The notes: a model not told the origin generated them from the sequence alone. Counted from the stretch's first letter, positions 1 through 14,039 are shown. The stretch is DNA of 64,000 bases from Octopus vulgaris (GCA_951406725.2 OX597822.1:44826001-44890000), one strand, 5' to 3'. Made by a program: numbers and translations.

Positions 1-159
1 TCCTCCTATTCCTCTTTCCAGCATGCCTAACCATAATTTTTCGTCCTCCACCTTCACCACCGCCTCGAAAATCATATTATTAAGCTTCCTTTCAACTGCT
101 TTTAACCTTCTATTAATCGTTCGCTCACTACGCTACTTATTTTTCGATCTCACTCCCGA

Positions 160-300
160 TATTTTTCACCCATCTCAATCCCTTATGTCGAAAAGCGTAA
201 GATCGAAACGTCGAAGACATTTCCATTTTTCTCGAGCGTTAAACTAATACACCTGCTTGTATTCGTCTTTTGCTTTCCTTAAATTTGAACTATATACATA
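160..300 (+). mobile_element. Degenerate Penelope-like terminal repeat fragment; inverted partner of 766-980
   Basis: taatacacctgcttgttattcgtcttttg is a diverged reverse complement of caaaagacgaaggcaggtg...tgtattag (790-831). Also holds a decayed hammerhead-like end (gcgtaagatcgaaacgtc). Confidence 0.5.
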
Positions 301-684
301 AATAAATGAATGGAAGGTGGAAACCCCATCTCTCTTTCTTTCCCTCTACCCAGCTGACGATCTATCTATCAATATATCTATCTATCAGCCTATCTACTTA
401 CTTATATTTCTATCTATCCATCTCCATTGTCTTGGAACCTCACTAAAAGAAAAGACAAAAACAATGTTCTCTTCTAAACACCCCCCCCCCCAAAAAAAAA
501 AACATCTGTTTTATATAAATGAACAAGATGGTTGTACATTCACAAAATCGTATTTGACAATTTCTGGAGAGGAACGCAAATGTTAATAATAATGAAGAAA
601 TAAGAGTTTTTTTCAAAATGCTGAGGGCTTTTTTTTACTTAATATTCAATTCTGTACATCACACCTAACACTCTATACATATAC

Positions 685-765
<81 letters not shown>

Positions 766-766
<1 letters not shown>

Positions 767-980
767 CGGGAAGCTTTATGAAAATAGACAAAAGACGAAG
801 GCAGGTGGGAAACAAACGAACAATTGTATTAGTATGGCGCTCAGGAAATATAAATAAAACAAGTCTTTAACGTTTCGAGCCTACGCTCTTCAACAGAAAG
901 ATACACAGAGAGAAAAAAAAACACAGAAAGAAGGAGAGAAAAAAATGCGTGCAGTAACTAACGAAGCAACATGGCGATCT
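766..980 (-). mobile_element. Penelope-like non-coding terminal repeat next to (TA)n, carrying a minimal hammerhead
   Basis: Contains the hammerhead at 864-901. Layout resembles 5290-5505 and 13445-13660. Penelope assignment rests on the known association of minimal hammerheads with Penelope-like elements. Confidence 0.55.
864..901 (-). ncRNA. Minimal type-I hammerhead ribozyme motif (A6->U core variant)
   Basis: Minus strand: UCUUU-CUGUUGA-A-GAGC gtag GCUC-GAA-ACGU-U-AAAGA. Stem I 5 bp, stem II 4 bp, palindromic ACGU stem III. Confidence 0.6.
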
Positions 981-1170
981 GATTTCGGCCAGAGGTCAAA
1001 GATCAAACATGAGACGCGAGAGCGAAATAAGGGGAGATAATAGGGTTGATAATAGGGTTGACTGACCAGCTCCAACATGAGGGTGTGTGTGTGTCTATGA
1101 GAGAGTATTAGTGCGTATGAGAGGTCTGGACGTGTGTATGTATAGGGTTGGTGTATTTATTAGTATGTAT

Positions 1171-1209
<39 letters not shown>

Positions 1210-1510
1210 AGAGAGTATTAGTGCGTATGAGAGGTCTGGACGTGTGTATGTATATATATATATATATGTATGTATGTATGTATGTATATATGTATGTATG
1301 TATGTGTGTACGTATGTATGTATGTATGTATGTGTGTACGTATGTATGTATTATGTATATGTATGTATATATATATATGAATGTATGCATATATGTATGT
1401 ATGTCTATTTGGCTATCTGAGCGCGGCAAGTTATGTCTCTGTAAGGAGCCTACGAAACTTTCAGTCATATGAGACCAAACCAAACTGTTTTAAATCATAT
1501 ACATACATAT

Positions 1511-1561
<51 letters not shown>

Positions 1562-1805
1562 ATCAAAATTAATCAAGGGACATATTAAGTATATCTACCT
1601 GCTGGACATAAAAGACAAAACTTATTTAAATCGCCAAAATATACTGATAATAACTAAATAAATATAGAAACCAAATATCCGATCCGATGACAAACGGACT
1701 AAGACAATCTCTCAGCATACATTCAAGAACTTGGATGCCCTATTGATACAAATGTTCAAAGAAATCCTTTGCTGTGTGTATATATATTTATATATATATA
1801 AGCAA

Positions 1806-2354
1806 ATTAAATAAAATTTGAGATTTTTTTGCGGAGGCTGAAAGTGGCAACAAGAACAGGACAGTGAGAACAAGACAGTAAAACAAACGGTGAGGGTTGT
1901 TAAGCCAAGACGATAGGAAAATTATTATGAACGCTAGGAAGACGAGCTTATGAAGGAGACAGTATAAGCAAGTTTTGTCTTCACGAGGGCAGTGGGCAGA
2001 AAGATAGATTCTCTTTCGTCACGTGTCAGCCACGAGAGAGTCGAGAAGGAGGATTGAAAGAGAGAGGGATAGGTGAAGAGAAGAGGAGAAAAATAGGGAA
2101 GGGTGGGAGAGAAAACCAGAAAGGATGAAGAGCAAAGAGGGAGAGAGATAGAAAGAGAAGTGATAGTAAAGATAGAAGAGTGTGCATCGTAATTATTAAG
2201 ATAAAACTTACTTGGAAAAGGATGCGTGATGTTCATAATAATTTTTCTATCGTCTTGGCTTAACAGCCCTCACCGTTTGTTTTTACTGTTCTGTTCTCAT
2301 TGTCCTGTTCTTGTTACCACTTTCACCCTGCGCAAAAAATCCAAGATTTAATTT
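1806..2354. repeat. Inverted repeat, ~125-bp arms (1806-1932 / 2231-2354) around a GA-rich spacer
   Basis: ggtgagggttgttaagccaagacgataggaaaattattatgaac versus gttcataataatttttctatcgtcttggcttaacagccctcacc. Confidence 0.85.
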
Positions 2355-2796
2355 TCTTTGCGGTTAGGGCTGTTTCAACGAAGTCGCGTATTGTCCTTGC
2401 CTTCGAAACCGCGGAGCAGAGGAAACAGGGACAACTGAAGAAGGGGAATACTCTTTATGTTGCATGTCTCGTTTCTCTGTTTTTTTCGTTGATCGAAAAA
2501 AAGTTCGTTCTCTATGTTTTTGTTTCTATCATTTCGTTTCTCATCGTATTCAACGTTTTGTTGATGTCCTGTACCCATATATGCATGTATATATACATAT
2601 AGATGTAGGTATGTACATATATGTATGTATATGTTTATATATTATTTATATTATTATATGATCGAACGCAACGCATCCTTTTCCAAGTAAATTTTATGTA
2701 TACATGTATATATACATATATATGTATATACAATATATATATACATTCATATATATATATACATACATACATATATATATATACATATATATATAT

Positions 2797-2912
2797 ATCA
2801 CGTGAACACATGACCGACCAGTCCATCAGATGTAGTTACACATCGCTGGTCACAATGCGTTCGCATTGTTTTAGCCTTCGAATGACGCCACCCCGCTGGC
2901 TAAGCGAGCAGG

Positions 2913-2916
<4 letters not shown>
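2797..2916 (+). mobile_element. ~120-bp structured short element in (TA)n, copy 1
   Basis: Near-identical reverse complement of 41051-41170; both copies are flanked by TA repeats. Strand is relative only. Confidence 0.75.
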
Positions 2917-2972
<56 letters not shown>

Positions 2973-3012
2973 CATACATATATATATGTGTATATATATA
3001 TATATATATACA

Positions 3013-3116
<104 letters not shown>

Positions 3117-3149
3117 TACAAATATACATATATATATATATATATGTAT

Positions 3150-3280
3150 TCTACACAGAAGTTAATAAAGGATCCGGTGCTATAGTGCAAAACATTTGCC
3201 CAAGAAGACGCAGAGTGGGACTGAACTCAATACTGCGTGATTGCACTGCGGGCCTCCTAGCAACACACTCATGATCACGC
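3150..3280 (-). mobile_element. Degenerate head of SINE family D
   Basis: ctatagtgcaaaacatttgcccaag...gtgggactgaactc matches family D copies such as 34507-34555. Confidence 0.55.
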
Positions 3281-4434
3281 CTTGAGTAAATTTGATAGTT
3301 TCCTTTTTTTGTACTTTGTTTTTTGTTTCTCATGTATTTTGACTTCCAAGTTTACTGATTTCGTTTAGTGCATGTGGTGAATTAATCCTCGCTACCACTA
3401 TAACGCAAACATTCCTGACCTCATTTCTATATGAATGAAATATCATTATTCCCACAGAGTATTTCTCTCTGCGACTTTCTGTAACATCAATAAGCACAGC
3501 TCTGTACCGCTCTGACGTGTATAGTATTGTGGTTTTGCGTTAGTATTATTGTATTCTTGAGCTAATATCTACATAGTTCCGTTTTCTTTCTGGTATTTCT
3601 TCTGCATTCTCTCCATTTGCCATAATTTGGCTCTCATACAAATGTTCAAAGAAATCCTTTGTTGTATATATTTGTTGTATATATGTTGGCATTTTGGAAA
3701 TAAAAAATAACATCCTTTGATGTTAAAGTCCTTCTCTACGTCTAAGTTATTGGTACTTCTCATGAGATCTTACGTACGTCTGATATTTACAGAAATATGT
3801 CTTCAAAGTTTGCTGGTGTATATTCCAAGCTATTTCTCTGTTCCCCGCATGTAATGGGGTTCACAATATAAAACCAAACCTATAAATATTACAGAACTCT
3901 GATAGTTATCTACTATTAACTTAGCGGAATGTTTTGAACTGTATACGAAGTCGTTCCGTTTCAGATTTGTTGTTGTGGTTCTTAAAGCCAAAAATTGGTT
4001 TTAGTTTCGTTCGTAATTGTCTGCCGGAATGTAATATTCTATAGTTGTCTGTGAATATCCGTCATTTATGGGTTATGTGCTGTAATTTCCTAAGTCAAAT
4101 GAATTTTGCTTTTTTTTTTGTTCTGAATTCTTCAGTTCAGAATCGTAAATTTCCGATATTTTCTGCTGCTTTCTGTGATATGTTGTTTACTATTACCAGT
4201 CCAATGTGTGCTTTGCATTTTTAAACCTATGATCTAAAGGTTTCTACCCATGACCATCGTGTCGATTTTTCCATGCTTCAATTATCTGATATTAACCAAC
4301 GTATTAACCAATATATTTACCAATGTATTTGTATATAAGGTCCTTAATTTTAAGATTAAAAGATGTGATAGGTGGAGAGATTAATTCCTTGAGGCTATGA
4401 CTTCTGGTACAAAAACATCCACGCTCTTTCTCTG

Positions 4435-4483
<49 letters not shown>

Positions 4484-5289
4484 GTTTCTCTCTCTGATAT
4501 GTACAACATATGTAGTTACAGACACTCGCACGAAGCTGCTATCAAGCTATTCTTTCAAGCTGGGTGCATGTATGGATCGCGGTATAGAGGGATGCCTTGA
4601 TGGCTCGATGGATGGATCGATGGATAGATCGATGGAGGGAGGGAGTTCTAAATTGATAGATAGATACAGTACGTATATATCTTTGTCTAATGTACTTATA
4701 AACTTATACATTACTAACATGCCAATATACTTATGCATTACAGTAACCATCAGTTCACTACATTGAGTAATATAAATGAATGTAGGACCAAACAACAAAA
4801 GTAAAGTAATCACTTTCATTAGCTAACAGCTGTTTCTGCTGTGTGGACCAAGTGTTGTAGGCTCGTGAGACTTCACATATTTTCCTCGAAGCCACTTAAG
4901 CGTATGTAGTATGTAGACATGTAAATATTCGTGTATATATATCTATATATATATATATCACGTGTGCTTGAGTGTACATATGCGTGTGCGTATTCGTGCG
5001 TATTCTCTGGTTATATATTTCTAAATTTTCGAATGTGTCGTATTTTTAGACTGTAGGCCGATTATGTCAATGTATAAGTTCCGAATGCCAGTAGTAGGAG
5101 GTTAAGTGACAAGTGGTAGCTCCTATAAAAATGTCATTTTACCAAAGCAAAATTCCTTCCCTTTCCTTTCCCTATTTCTCTCACTTCTCGTGTTATATTT
5201 TCTATTACATTTCTTCTGTGCCAGTGGCTGAGCTAACATGCTAGCGAGCTCATCGATCACTAGTGGAGATGGAGGGTCGGGACTAAAAG

Positions 5290-5505
5290 GAAACGTTGCT
5301 GTGACCGCGTGTGTATCGTTCGCGACTTTTTTCCTCCATCTTCTCTTCCTAGGATCTATCCTTTTCCTATGTTTCTGACGAAGAGTTCCGCTCGAAACGT
5401 TAAATTCTCCTTCTTTCTTTCCTTTCCTGAGGGTCCAATAACACTATACTTGTTCCACGTCCTCGCGTTGTTGTGTTTTCTCTTTGTGTTTTCATGTTTA
5501 GATTA
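5290..5505 (+). mobile_element. Penelope-like terminal repeat with hammerhead
   Basis: Homologous to the reverse complement of 13445-13660 (gtgaccgcgtg...cgacttttt...ttcctatgtttctgacgaagag...cctcgcgttgttgtgtttt). Confidence 0.55.
5371..5405 (+). ncRNA. Minimal type-I hammerhead ribozyme motif (canonical CUGACGA core)
   Basis: GUUU-CUGACGA-A-GAG uuccg CUC-GAA-ACGU-U-AAAU. Stem I 4 bp including one G-U, short stem II, palindromic stem III. Confidence 0.65.
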
Positions 5506-5509
5506 ACTT

Positions 5510-6410
<901 letters not shown>

Positions 6411-7273
6411 CCTTTTTATGACATCGAATTTCATCATAAAAGACACGCCTTGCACCGTCAATACACAAGTCATGTAAAATGCTCTTATATTAAATTATTT
6501 GTATCTATTATTACTCCAGATTTGAATTGTATCTATTAGTAACCCGAATTTAAGAGAAACAATAATAGAATATATATGTGCTGCTTTTTTACGAGAAATA
6601 AATTCAAATTCGATAGCGTTCCTACGCAGTAAAATGTAAATTATAGCCAATTGTTCTTTAAAATATAATTAAATAAAACATCAATAGCTTGATAACAAGA
6701 AAAGTTCCAACGAAAATTCTTGAAAATTGCGGAGAATACAAAAAAAAAAGTGTTGCAGAAAGACAAGAATTTCTTTTTGTGTAGGCACATTATATTGAGT
6801 TTATTTGCACATAACTCGTTGAAATAAAATAAATTCAAATAAAAGATTTATTGTCATTTAGTTCGGATGGATGTTAGCAGACATGATGCAATGTCAGGAA
6901 CTATAGCTTGTAGTATTGGTAAGACCCGTCGTGTTCTGAATGTGAATTTTTCTTCATGTATACTTCGGCATTTATGCTCCCAGTTTGATAAAATATGAAA
7001 CAGTTGAAATAAGAAATATTGGAATAGAGACAATATTTATATACATACATAGATACATACATGCATAGACACACACATATTTATATAAATACATACAAAA
7101 TTAAAAGTATGTAATAATATTTTGATGTGCCCGAGGAGAGTCATTTTCTTTTTGTACCTTATAATTTAACACACTCACCGGTAAAATTTCCACTTATTCC
7201 TCATTTTTATTTTCCTAAAATTTTCTTGGCGTCTTGCAACCTTTTTAATAACCTTGTCTATTTTACCGGTATA

Positions 7274-7372
<99 letters not shown>

Positions 7373-7386
7373 CATATATATATATA

Positions 7387-7430
<44 letters not shown>

Positions 7431-7454
7431 CATATATATATAATATGTATATAT

Positions 7455-7496
<42 letters not shown>

Positions 7497-7548
7497 CATA
7501 TGCATGCAAGTGTAGATAGATAAGTTTCATTATTAGCAGCACAGGACC

Positions 7549-7603
<55 letters not shown>

Positions 7604-7604
7604 T

Positions 7605-7653
<49 letters not shown>

Positions 7654-8479
7654 GAAGAGATCAGGAAATCGCATTGTTACGTATAAAAATTATACCTCTC
7701 TGTATATATCTAGACTAAATTTCTAAAGCGAATACCAAAAGACACAGAAAACCTACAACGCAACACGTGGGAAGAAGAGAATATCACAAAACTGATTGTT
7801 CTCAAACAAAAATGGCCGACATAGATAAAAATGACAAACTTATGGACACATCCAGCAAAACACTTCGAGGAAATGTATGATAAGTACATTAAGAGAATGG
7901 AATGTTGCCCCTAAAATACATAAAAAATATATATCAAAAGCACAATAAAACTAGGAACCTTTGTTCTGCAATTCGAGGTCAATCGGTCGAGCCTTTAGGT
8001 CAATGAAACGAAGACAATCAGTTGTAGATTATGGAAGCGTCTGACATAGTTTTCTGGTCAGGCAGAATCAGATTTAATTTCCGGATTAGGAAGTTAAAAA
8101 CGTTCGCTTCCAAGATATTCTGGAAGGAATCCCTGGAACTAAAGACACTGAGAGAAAGAGATAGAAGAGTGGTGGATGTAGGTACTAGCGAGAGAGAGAC
8201 AAGAAGAGAGAGACAGACAGACAAACAGAGTGAGAGAGATAAGACTAGAATAGGTAAGTGATTAACAAAAGCGAACGCTATTTTCGATGAATTGAAAAAG
8301 GTAAGTGGCAGGTTACAATTATTTTCTCTCTATATATATATTTATAGAACTTCGCTGCTGTGTGTATTGTGTGTTCTGAATTTTCTATGCAAAAGAATGT
8401 CTATATATGTGTGAGAGTGTGTATATATATATATGTATATTTATGTATGTATATATATATATGTTGATGTTTATATATA

Positions 8480-8513
<34 letters not shown>

Positions 8514-8641
8514 ATGTATCTGTACATACGCATATGCTTATATAGTTAGATGACTGTTTGTGCATATATATGTGTGTGTGTGTGTGAGCATACATATACA
8601 TGTGTGTGGGTGCGTGCGTTCATGCGTGTGTATGTATATGC

Positions 8642-8680
<39 letters not shown>

Positions 8681-8799
8681 AGTATGTGTGTGTGGGTGTA
8701 TGTGTATGTGGGGTGTATAGTGAGAGAGAGAGGAAAAGAAAGAGGGATAGATAGATAAATAGATAGGTACACTGAGATAGAGATAGATACATTCTTTTA

Positions 8800-9039
8800 G
8801 TTTTTTTCTTACTCATATCAGTAATTTCATTGAAGCCATGCTGGAGCACCGCCTTAAAGGGTTTTTTAGTGAAAGAAATCAGGTCTTATTGTTTGTAAGC
8901 CTAGTAATTATTGTATCCGTCTCTTTTGTCAAACCGCTAGGTTACCGGGACGGAAAAGCACCAGCATGGGTTTTCAAGCAACGGTGGGGTCAAACCTAGA
9001 CACAAATACATAGACATACATACATATATATATATATAT

Positions 9040-9131
<92 letters not shown>

Positions 9132-9340
9132 TATGCATATATATATACACATATATATGCATATATATATATATACATATATATACACATATATATATGC
9201 GACGGGCTTCTTTCAGTTTCCGTCAACCAAATCCACTCAGAAGGATTCAGTCTGCTGCCCTAAACTATAGAAGAAGGCACTTGGCCAAGGTGCCACGCAG
9301 TGGAACTGAACCCGGAACCATGTGGTTCTGAAGCAAGCTA
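8800..9340 (-). mobile_element. tRNA-derived bipartite SINE (family D) with internal (TA)n
   Basis: Tail ccatgctggagcaccgcc; body ttgtaagcctagta; head ccaaggtgccacgcagtggaactgaacccggaacc (B-box GGTTCAGTTCC on minus). Confidence 0.85.
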
Positions 9341-9408
9341 TATACATATATACATGTATACATATATACATATACATACATACATACATATATATAAATC
9401 TAAATATA

Positions 9409-9453
<45 letters not shown>

Positions 9454-9993
9454 ATGTATATGTATAATTACATGTATGTAAAATCTATATATCAATAACT
9501 GCTCATACACAGATACACACTTTTGAGTGCGTCTGTATGTATTGCCGTGTTTGTATATGTGCATGCGTGTGTATACTAGTATGTGTGTGTACGTGTGATT
9601 ATTAGTGTACTTTTAGACTTGTAAATTAGCAGAGAGCAATATGGATAACGTGAACTTTTTATTTTGTATCTCCTCTATGACCTGCCTCGCGTGGGTGTCA
9701 CTAGTGCAATTTTCTAAATTCATATACGACGAGGACATTATTCACCGTCATGACATTTAATAATGTCGCATTATTTCAGTCGCTAAGCAATTCCGCGGGA
9801 GATTGGAGGTTTCTACATGTTACATATAGTTCGAGAGATAAGGAAAATGGAAAAAGACTAAGCGAAGGAAAAGTATGCATGTATACATTGGTATATATGT
9901 GTATGTGTGCGTGTGTGTTTTTGTGTAAGATTGTGATTATGCATATATATCATATATCTATCATATATATATACATATATATATATATATGTA

Positions 9994-10085
<92 letters not shown>

Positions 10086-10092
10086 TACATAT

Positions 10093-10161
<69 letters not shown>

Positions 10162-10174
10162 TCACATTAGAACA

Positions 10175-12848
10175 ACACATTAGAACAACACATAACTGTA
10201 CTTCTTATGGGAGACTTCAATCTACCCAATGTCAGATGGCCCGAGGGCCTTTCTCTCCCAGGAATGACTCGATGTGAACGAGGACAGGCGAGGTCTCTCC
10301 TGAACCTCATCAACACCCTGTACATGGAACAAGTAATACTCCAACCAACCAGGGCAGGTAACACACTGGATCTCTGCTTCACAAATAATATGGATCTCAT
10401 CCATAACGTGAAAGTGACACCGACACTACTCTCGGATCACAACATGGTAGAGCTGACCACGTACGGGCCAAAGGAAAGCATGGGCATGCAGCCTACAAGA
10501 AACTCTCAGAATCTTTCCAGCTTGAACTTCCATAAGGCAAACTGGAAACAAATTAAGAAAGAGATCCTCAAACAAAACTGACCTGAATGTCTCTCCTCGC
10601 CAGACATCGACGTGAAACTTCAACAAGTCATGTCTGTAATGCAAGCCATGTGCTACAAATGTGTCCCAGAGAGAAAGGCCACTGTACACAAGAACAAAAT
10701 CCCCAGAGAGAGGACAATTTTAATGAGACAGCGTACAAAAATTTCAAATCGCCTAAACAAACAAATTGAAAGCAGTGAAAAGACCCGCCTGAAAATAAAA
10801 CTGTTGCAAATTGAAAAATGTCTGCAACTCTCCCATGAAAAGGAAAAAGCAGACAAAGAAGCCTGGGCTATAGACAACATAAAATCTAACCCCAGAGCTT
10901 TCTACAAGTATGCCAAAGAAACAGCTACGGTGCACTGTAGGATAGGGCTACTCCTTGAAAAGGATGGCACACTCACAGGAAATCCAATGAGGGTAAGTGA
11001 AATACTGAATGAGCAATTCAAGAGTGTTTTCACTCCACCCCTTGGGCATTTCCAAATCACCAATCCAACTGACTTCTTTACCACTGCAGATATAAAATTA
11101 GAGGCAGCGATGATAGATTACATCAATATAAAGGAAGACGATGTAATAAAGGCTATAGATGAAATGAAAACAGACTCAGCTACTGGCCCCGATGGATTCC
11201 CGGCAATCCTCCTAAAAGTATGTAAGAGAGTCCTAGCAAGACCACTGCAGTTCCTCTTTCAGAGCTTCCTTGCAACTGGCAAACTTCCAAGAAAACTGAA
11301 GGAAGGTAAAATATGCCCTATTCATAAAGGAGGTAGCAGAGCGGAGGCCAAGGACTACAGACCTATCTCTCTGACCCCACACATCAGCAAGGTCATGGAA
11401 CGAATAGTCAGAAAGAAACTGATCATCTTCCTTGAAGAAAATGACTTGCTGCCTGACACCGAACATGGTTTCCGACCAGGAAGAAGCTGCTTAACTCAGC
11501 TCCTACAACACTATGACTGGGTGCTGAAACGACTGCTCAACCACTCAAATGTGGAAGTGATATATCGCGACTTTGCAAAGGCCTTTGATAAAGTCGATCA
11601 TGGAATGATATGTCACAAACTGCGTGATCTTAGCATAGTTGGAAAACTGGGAGAATGGCTTCATGACTTTCTGAAGGATAGAAGTCAAATGGTAGTAGCC
11701 AATGGGGCCACTTCCATTAACACGCAAATAGTGAGCGGTGTTCCGCAGGGCACTGTTTTGGGACCACTACTGTTCATAATGGCCCTCTCAGACATGCCCT
11801 CAGCCACGCAGAGAGCCACGATCACAAGTTATGCAGATGATACAAAAGTTTCACAGGCAATACAGAACCCTGAAGACACTAAACGCCTGCAATGTGAGCT
11901 GGACAATATATATAAGTGGGCTGAAAAGAATAGCATGCAGTTCAATGCTGAAAAGTTTAAAGCTTTATGCTATCAGCATGCAAAACTAAATGCAATACCC
12001 AATGAATACACTGGACCCGGAGGAATTGCAATCCCAGAGGCACAATCAGTGCGTGACCTGGGTATTTACATGAGTGATGACGCAACCTTTCGTGTACATG
12101 TTGCTAAATTGGCAATGAAATGTAGACGACTGGCCGGATGGATTCTTAGAACCTTTAGAACAAGAGAACAAGAAACCATGATGGTTCTCTGGAGGACACT
12201 TGTCCTAAGCCACTTTGACTATTGCTCTCAGCTATGGTCACCATCCAGTGTCAAGTTGATCACAGAACTTGAGGCGATCCAACGTAGCTACACGAAGAAG
12301 ATAGCCTCTGTGCAGCATATAAGCTACTGGGAAAGACTCAAGAGATTAAAACTTTATTCCTTGGAGCGTAGGCGAGAAAGATATGCCATAATATACATCT
12401 GAAAGATCCTGGAAGGACTTGTCCCAAACTTTGGCATCGAGAGTTACACAAATGCCAGAACTGGGCGCCACTGCGTGGTGCCAAGGACTCCAATTTTGCC
12501 ATCAAGGTGTAGGACAAGATACTGTGATAGCCTGGGCTTCCGAGGCCCACAGCTCTTCAATATCCTCCCGAAGAACCTAAGAGACCTGCATGGGGTGGAT
12601 GCAGATGTCTTTAAAATGAAACTGGATCTCTTCTTGTCGGGTATCCCAGATGAACCAACTTCACGGCAGGAAGTGCAGATGAGGGCAGCTGCATCGAACT
12701 CTCTCATGCACCAAATGGTAGTTGCTAAAACGCATTCGTGAAGTAAAACCATGTAGCAACACCAAATGGCGGTGCCCCAGCATGGCCACAGCTCGTGAGC
12801 AGAAACTAGATAAAATAAAAAATAAAATAAAAAAATAAAAATAAAAAT
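10175..12848 (+). mobile_element. 5'-truncated CR1-group LINE with (ATAAA)n tail, inserted in (TA)n
   Basis: AP-endonuclease C-terminal motifs (MGDFNLP, GNTLDLCFTN, LSDHNMV). RT motifs (YRPISLT, HGFRPGRSC, DFAKAFDKVDH, PQGTVLGPLLF, YADD). C-terminal SLERRRERY. Short 3' UTR and ataaa tail. Confidence 0.95.
10207..12741 (+). pseudogene. LINE ORF2 (partial endonuclease + reverse transcriptase), one frame with two internal TGA stops (10579-10581, 12400-12402)
   Basis: ORFs 10207..10581, 10612..12402 and 12475..12741 share a frame. Read-through gives KQN*PECL and IYI*KILEGLVPN. Confidence 0.9.
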
Positions 12849-12931
12849 ACATATATATATATAAGCAGTAATAAATAAGAGATGTAAACAGTAGAGGCAC
12901 GATATCGTGAAGTATATTTTCCATCCTAAAA

Positions 12932-13390
12932 TGGTTGACACATATGGGACGCTGCTACTTTAGTTTATATCCCCAGGAAGACATCTACTCCAGCTGGCTA
13001 ACGAGGTATTCTGTCCGATCGGAGCCGGTTTTCTAGGTAGTAAACCGTCATCAGCGTGTGTCGATCACTCACCCAGGATGAGAAGTGATTTCGAACGCAA
13101 ATACATATGCTTTTTCCAGTGACAAAGATTTTCAAGATCAGTGACTTTTTGTCAGTGGAAACAGCATATGTATTTGCGTTCGAAATCACCTCTTATGCCT
13201 AGTCGGTGATTGTCACAGGCTAATGACGGGTTACTACCAGAAAACCGGGTCCGTGTGTATCACTTCAGGCTGGAGATGGGATAATTTCCCTTCGCAAATA
13301 CTGATCGGGCACACACGGTGTGTCGTTAGCTTACATAGATGTCTTCCTGGAGATATAAACTAGAGCGGCATTGTTCCATATGGGTCACCA
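12932..13390. mobile_element. ~460-bp fold-back (MITE-like) element
   Basis: Ends tagtttatatccccaggaagacatcta / tagatgtcttcctggagatataaacta. Inner arms gtgatttcgaacgcaaatacatatgct / agcatatgtatttgcgttcgaaatcac. Confidence 0.8.
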
Positions 13391-13412
13391 AATATATTTC
13401 AAATATACTTCA

Positions 13413-13444
<32 letters not shown>

Positions 13445-13446
<2 letters not shown>

Positions 13447-13660
13447 AATTCAAAAAGCAGAGAAAAAAGTAAAAGAAATATGAAACACACGAGAGGACTG
13501 AGCATCGGCAATGTATTGACAAGACGCTCGGAGAAAGAAGAGAGTTGTGGTTTTACGTTTCGAACATAGCTCTTCATCGGAAACAGGAAAAGCAGGAAAG
13601 CCCAAAGGGAAAGACGGCAGAAGAAGGGAAAATCGACAACAGTTCACGTGCGGTTACATT
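13445..13660 (-). mobile_element. Penelope-like terminal repeat with hammerhead
   Basis: Homologous to 5290-5505; flanked by (TA)n and (TG)n. Confidence 0.55.
13550..13584 (-). ncRNA. Minimal type-I hammerhead ribozyme motif (U4->C core variant)
   Basis: Minus strand: GUUU-CCGAUGA-A-GAGC uau GUUC-GAA-ACGU-A-AAAC. GUA cleavage triplet. Confidence 0.6.
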
Positions 13661-13661
13661 T

Positions 13662-13701
<40 letters not shown>

Positions 13702-13706
13702 CGTGC

Positions 13707-13753
<47 letters not shown>

Positions 13754-13789
13754 TGAGTGAGTGTTTGTGTATGCATATATACATTTTTC

Positions 13790-14039
13790 CTTATTTTACT
13801 TGTTTCAGTCATTTGACTGCGGCCATGCTGGGGCACCGCCTTTAGTCGAGCAAATCTTCCTCAGCAATTACTTTTTTAAAGCCCAGTACTTATTCTATGG
13901 GTCTCTTTGCCAAACCGCTAAGTTACGGACACACCAGTATGGTTTGTCAAGCAATGCTGATGGACAAACACAAACACACAAACTTATGCACACACACACA
14001 CACGCATACACACACACACATATATATACACACACACAT

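Noticed and set aside
4820-4895. Minus-strand GAA-ACAGCUGU-U palindromic end; similar motif at 60725-60775
   Set aside because: The CUGANGA half is degenerate (UCGAGGA, UCGAUGA) and GAAA is lost in the second; possible relics, not callable.
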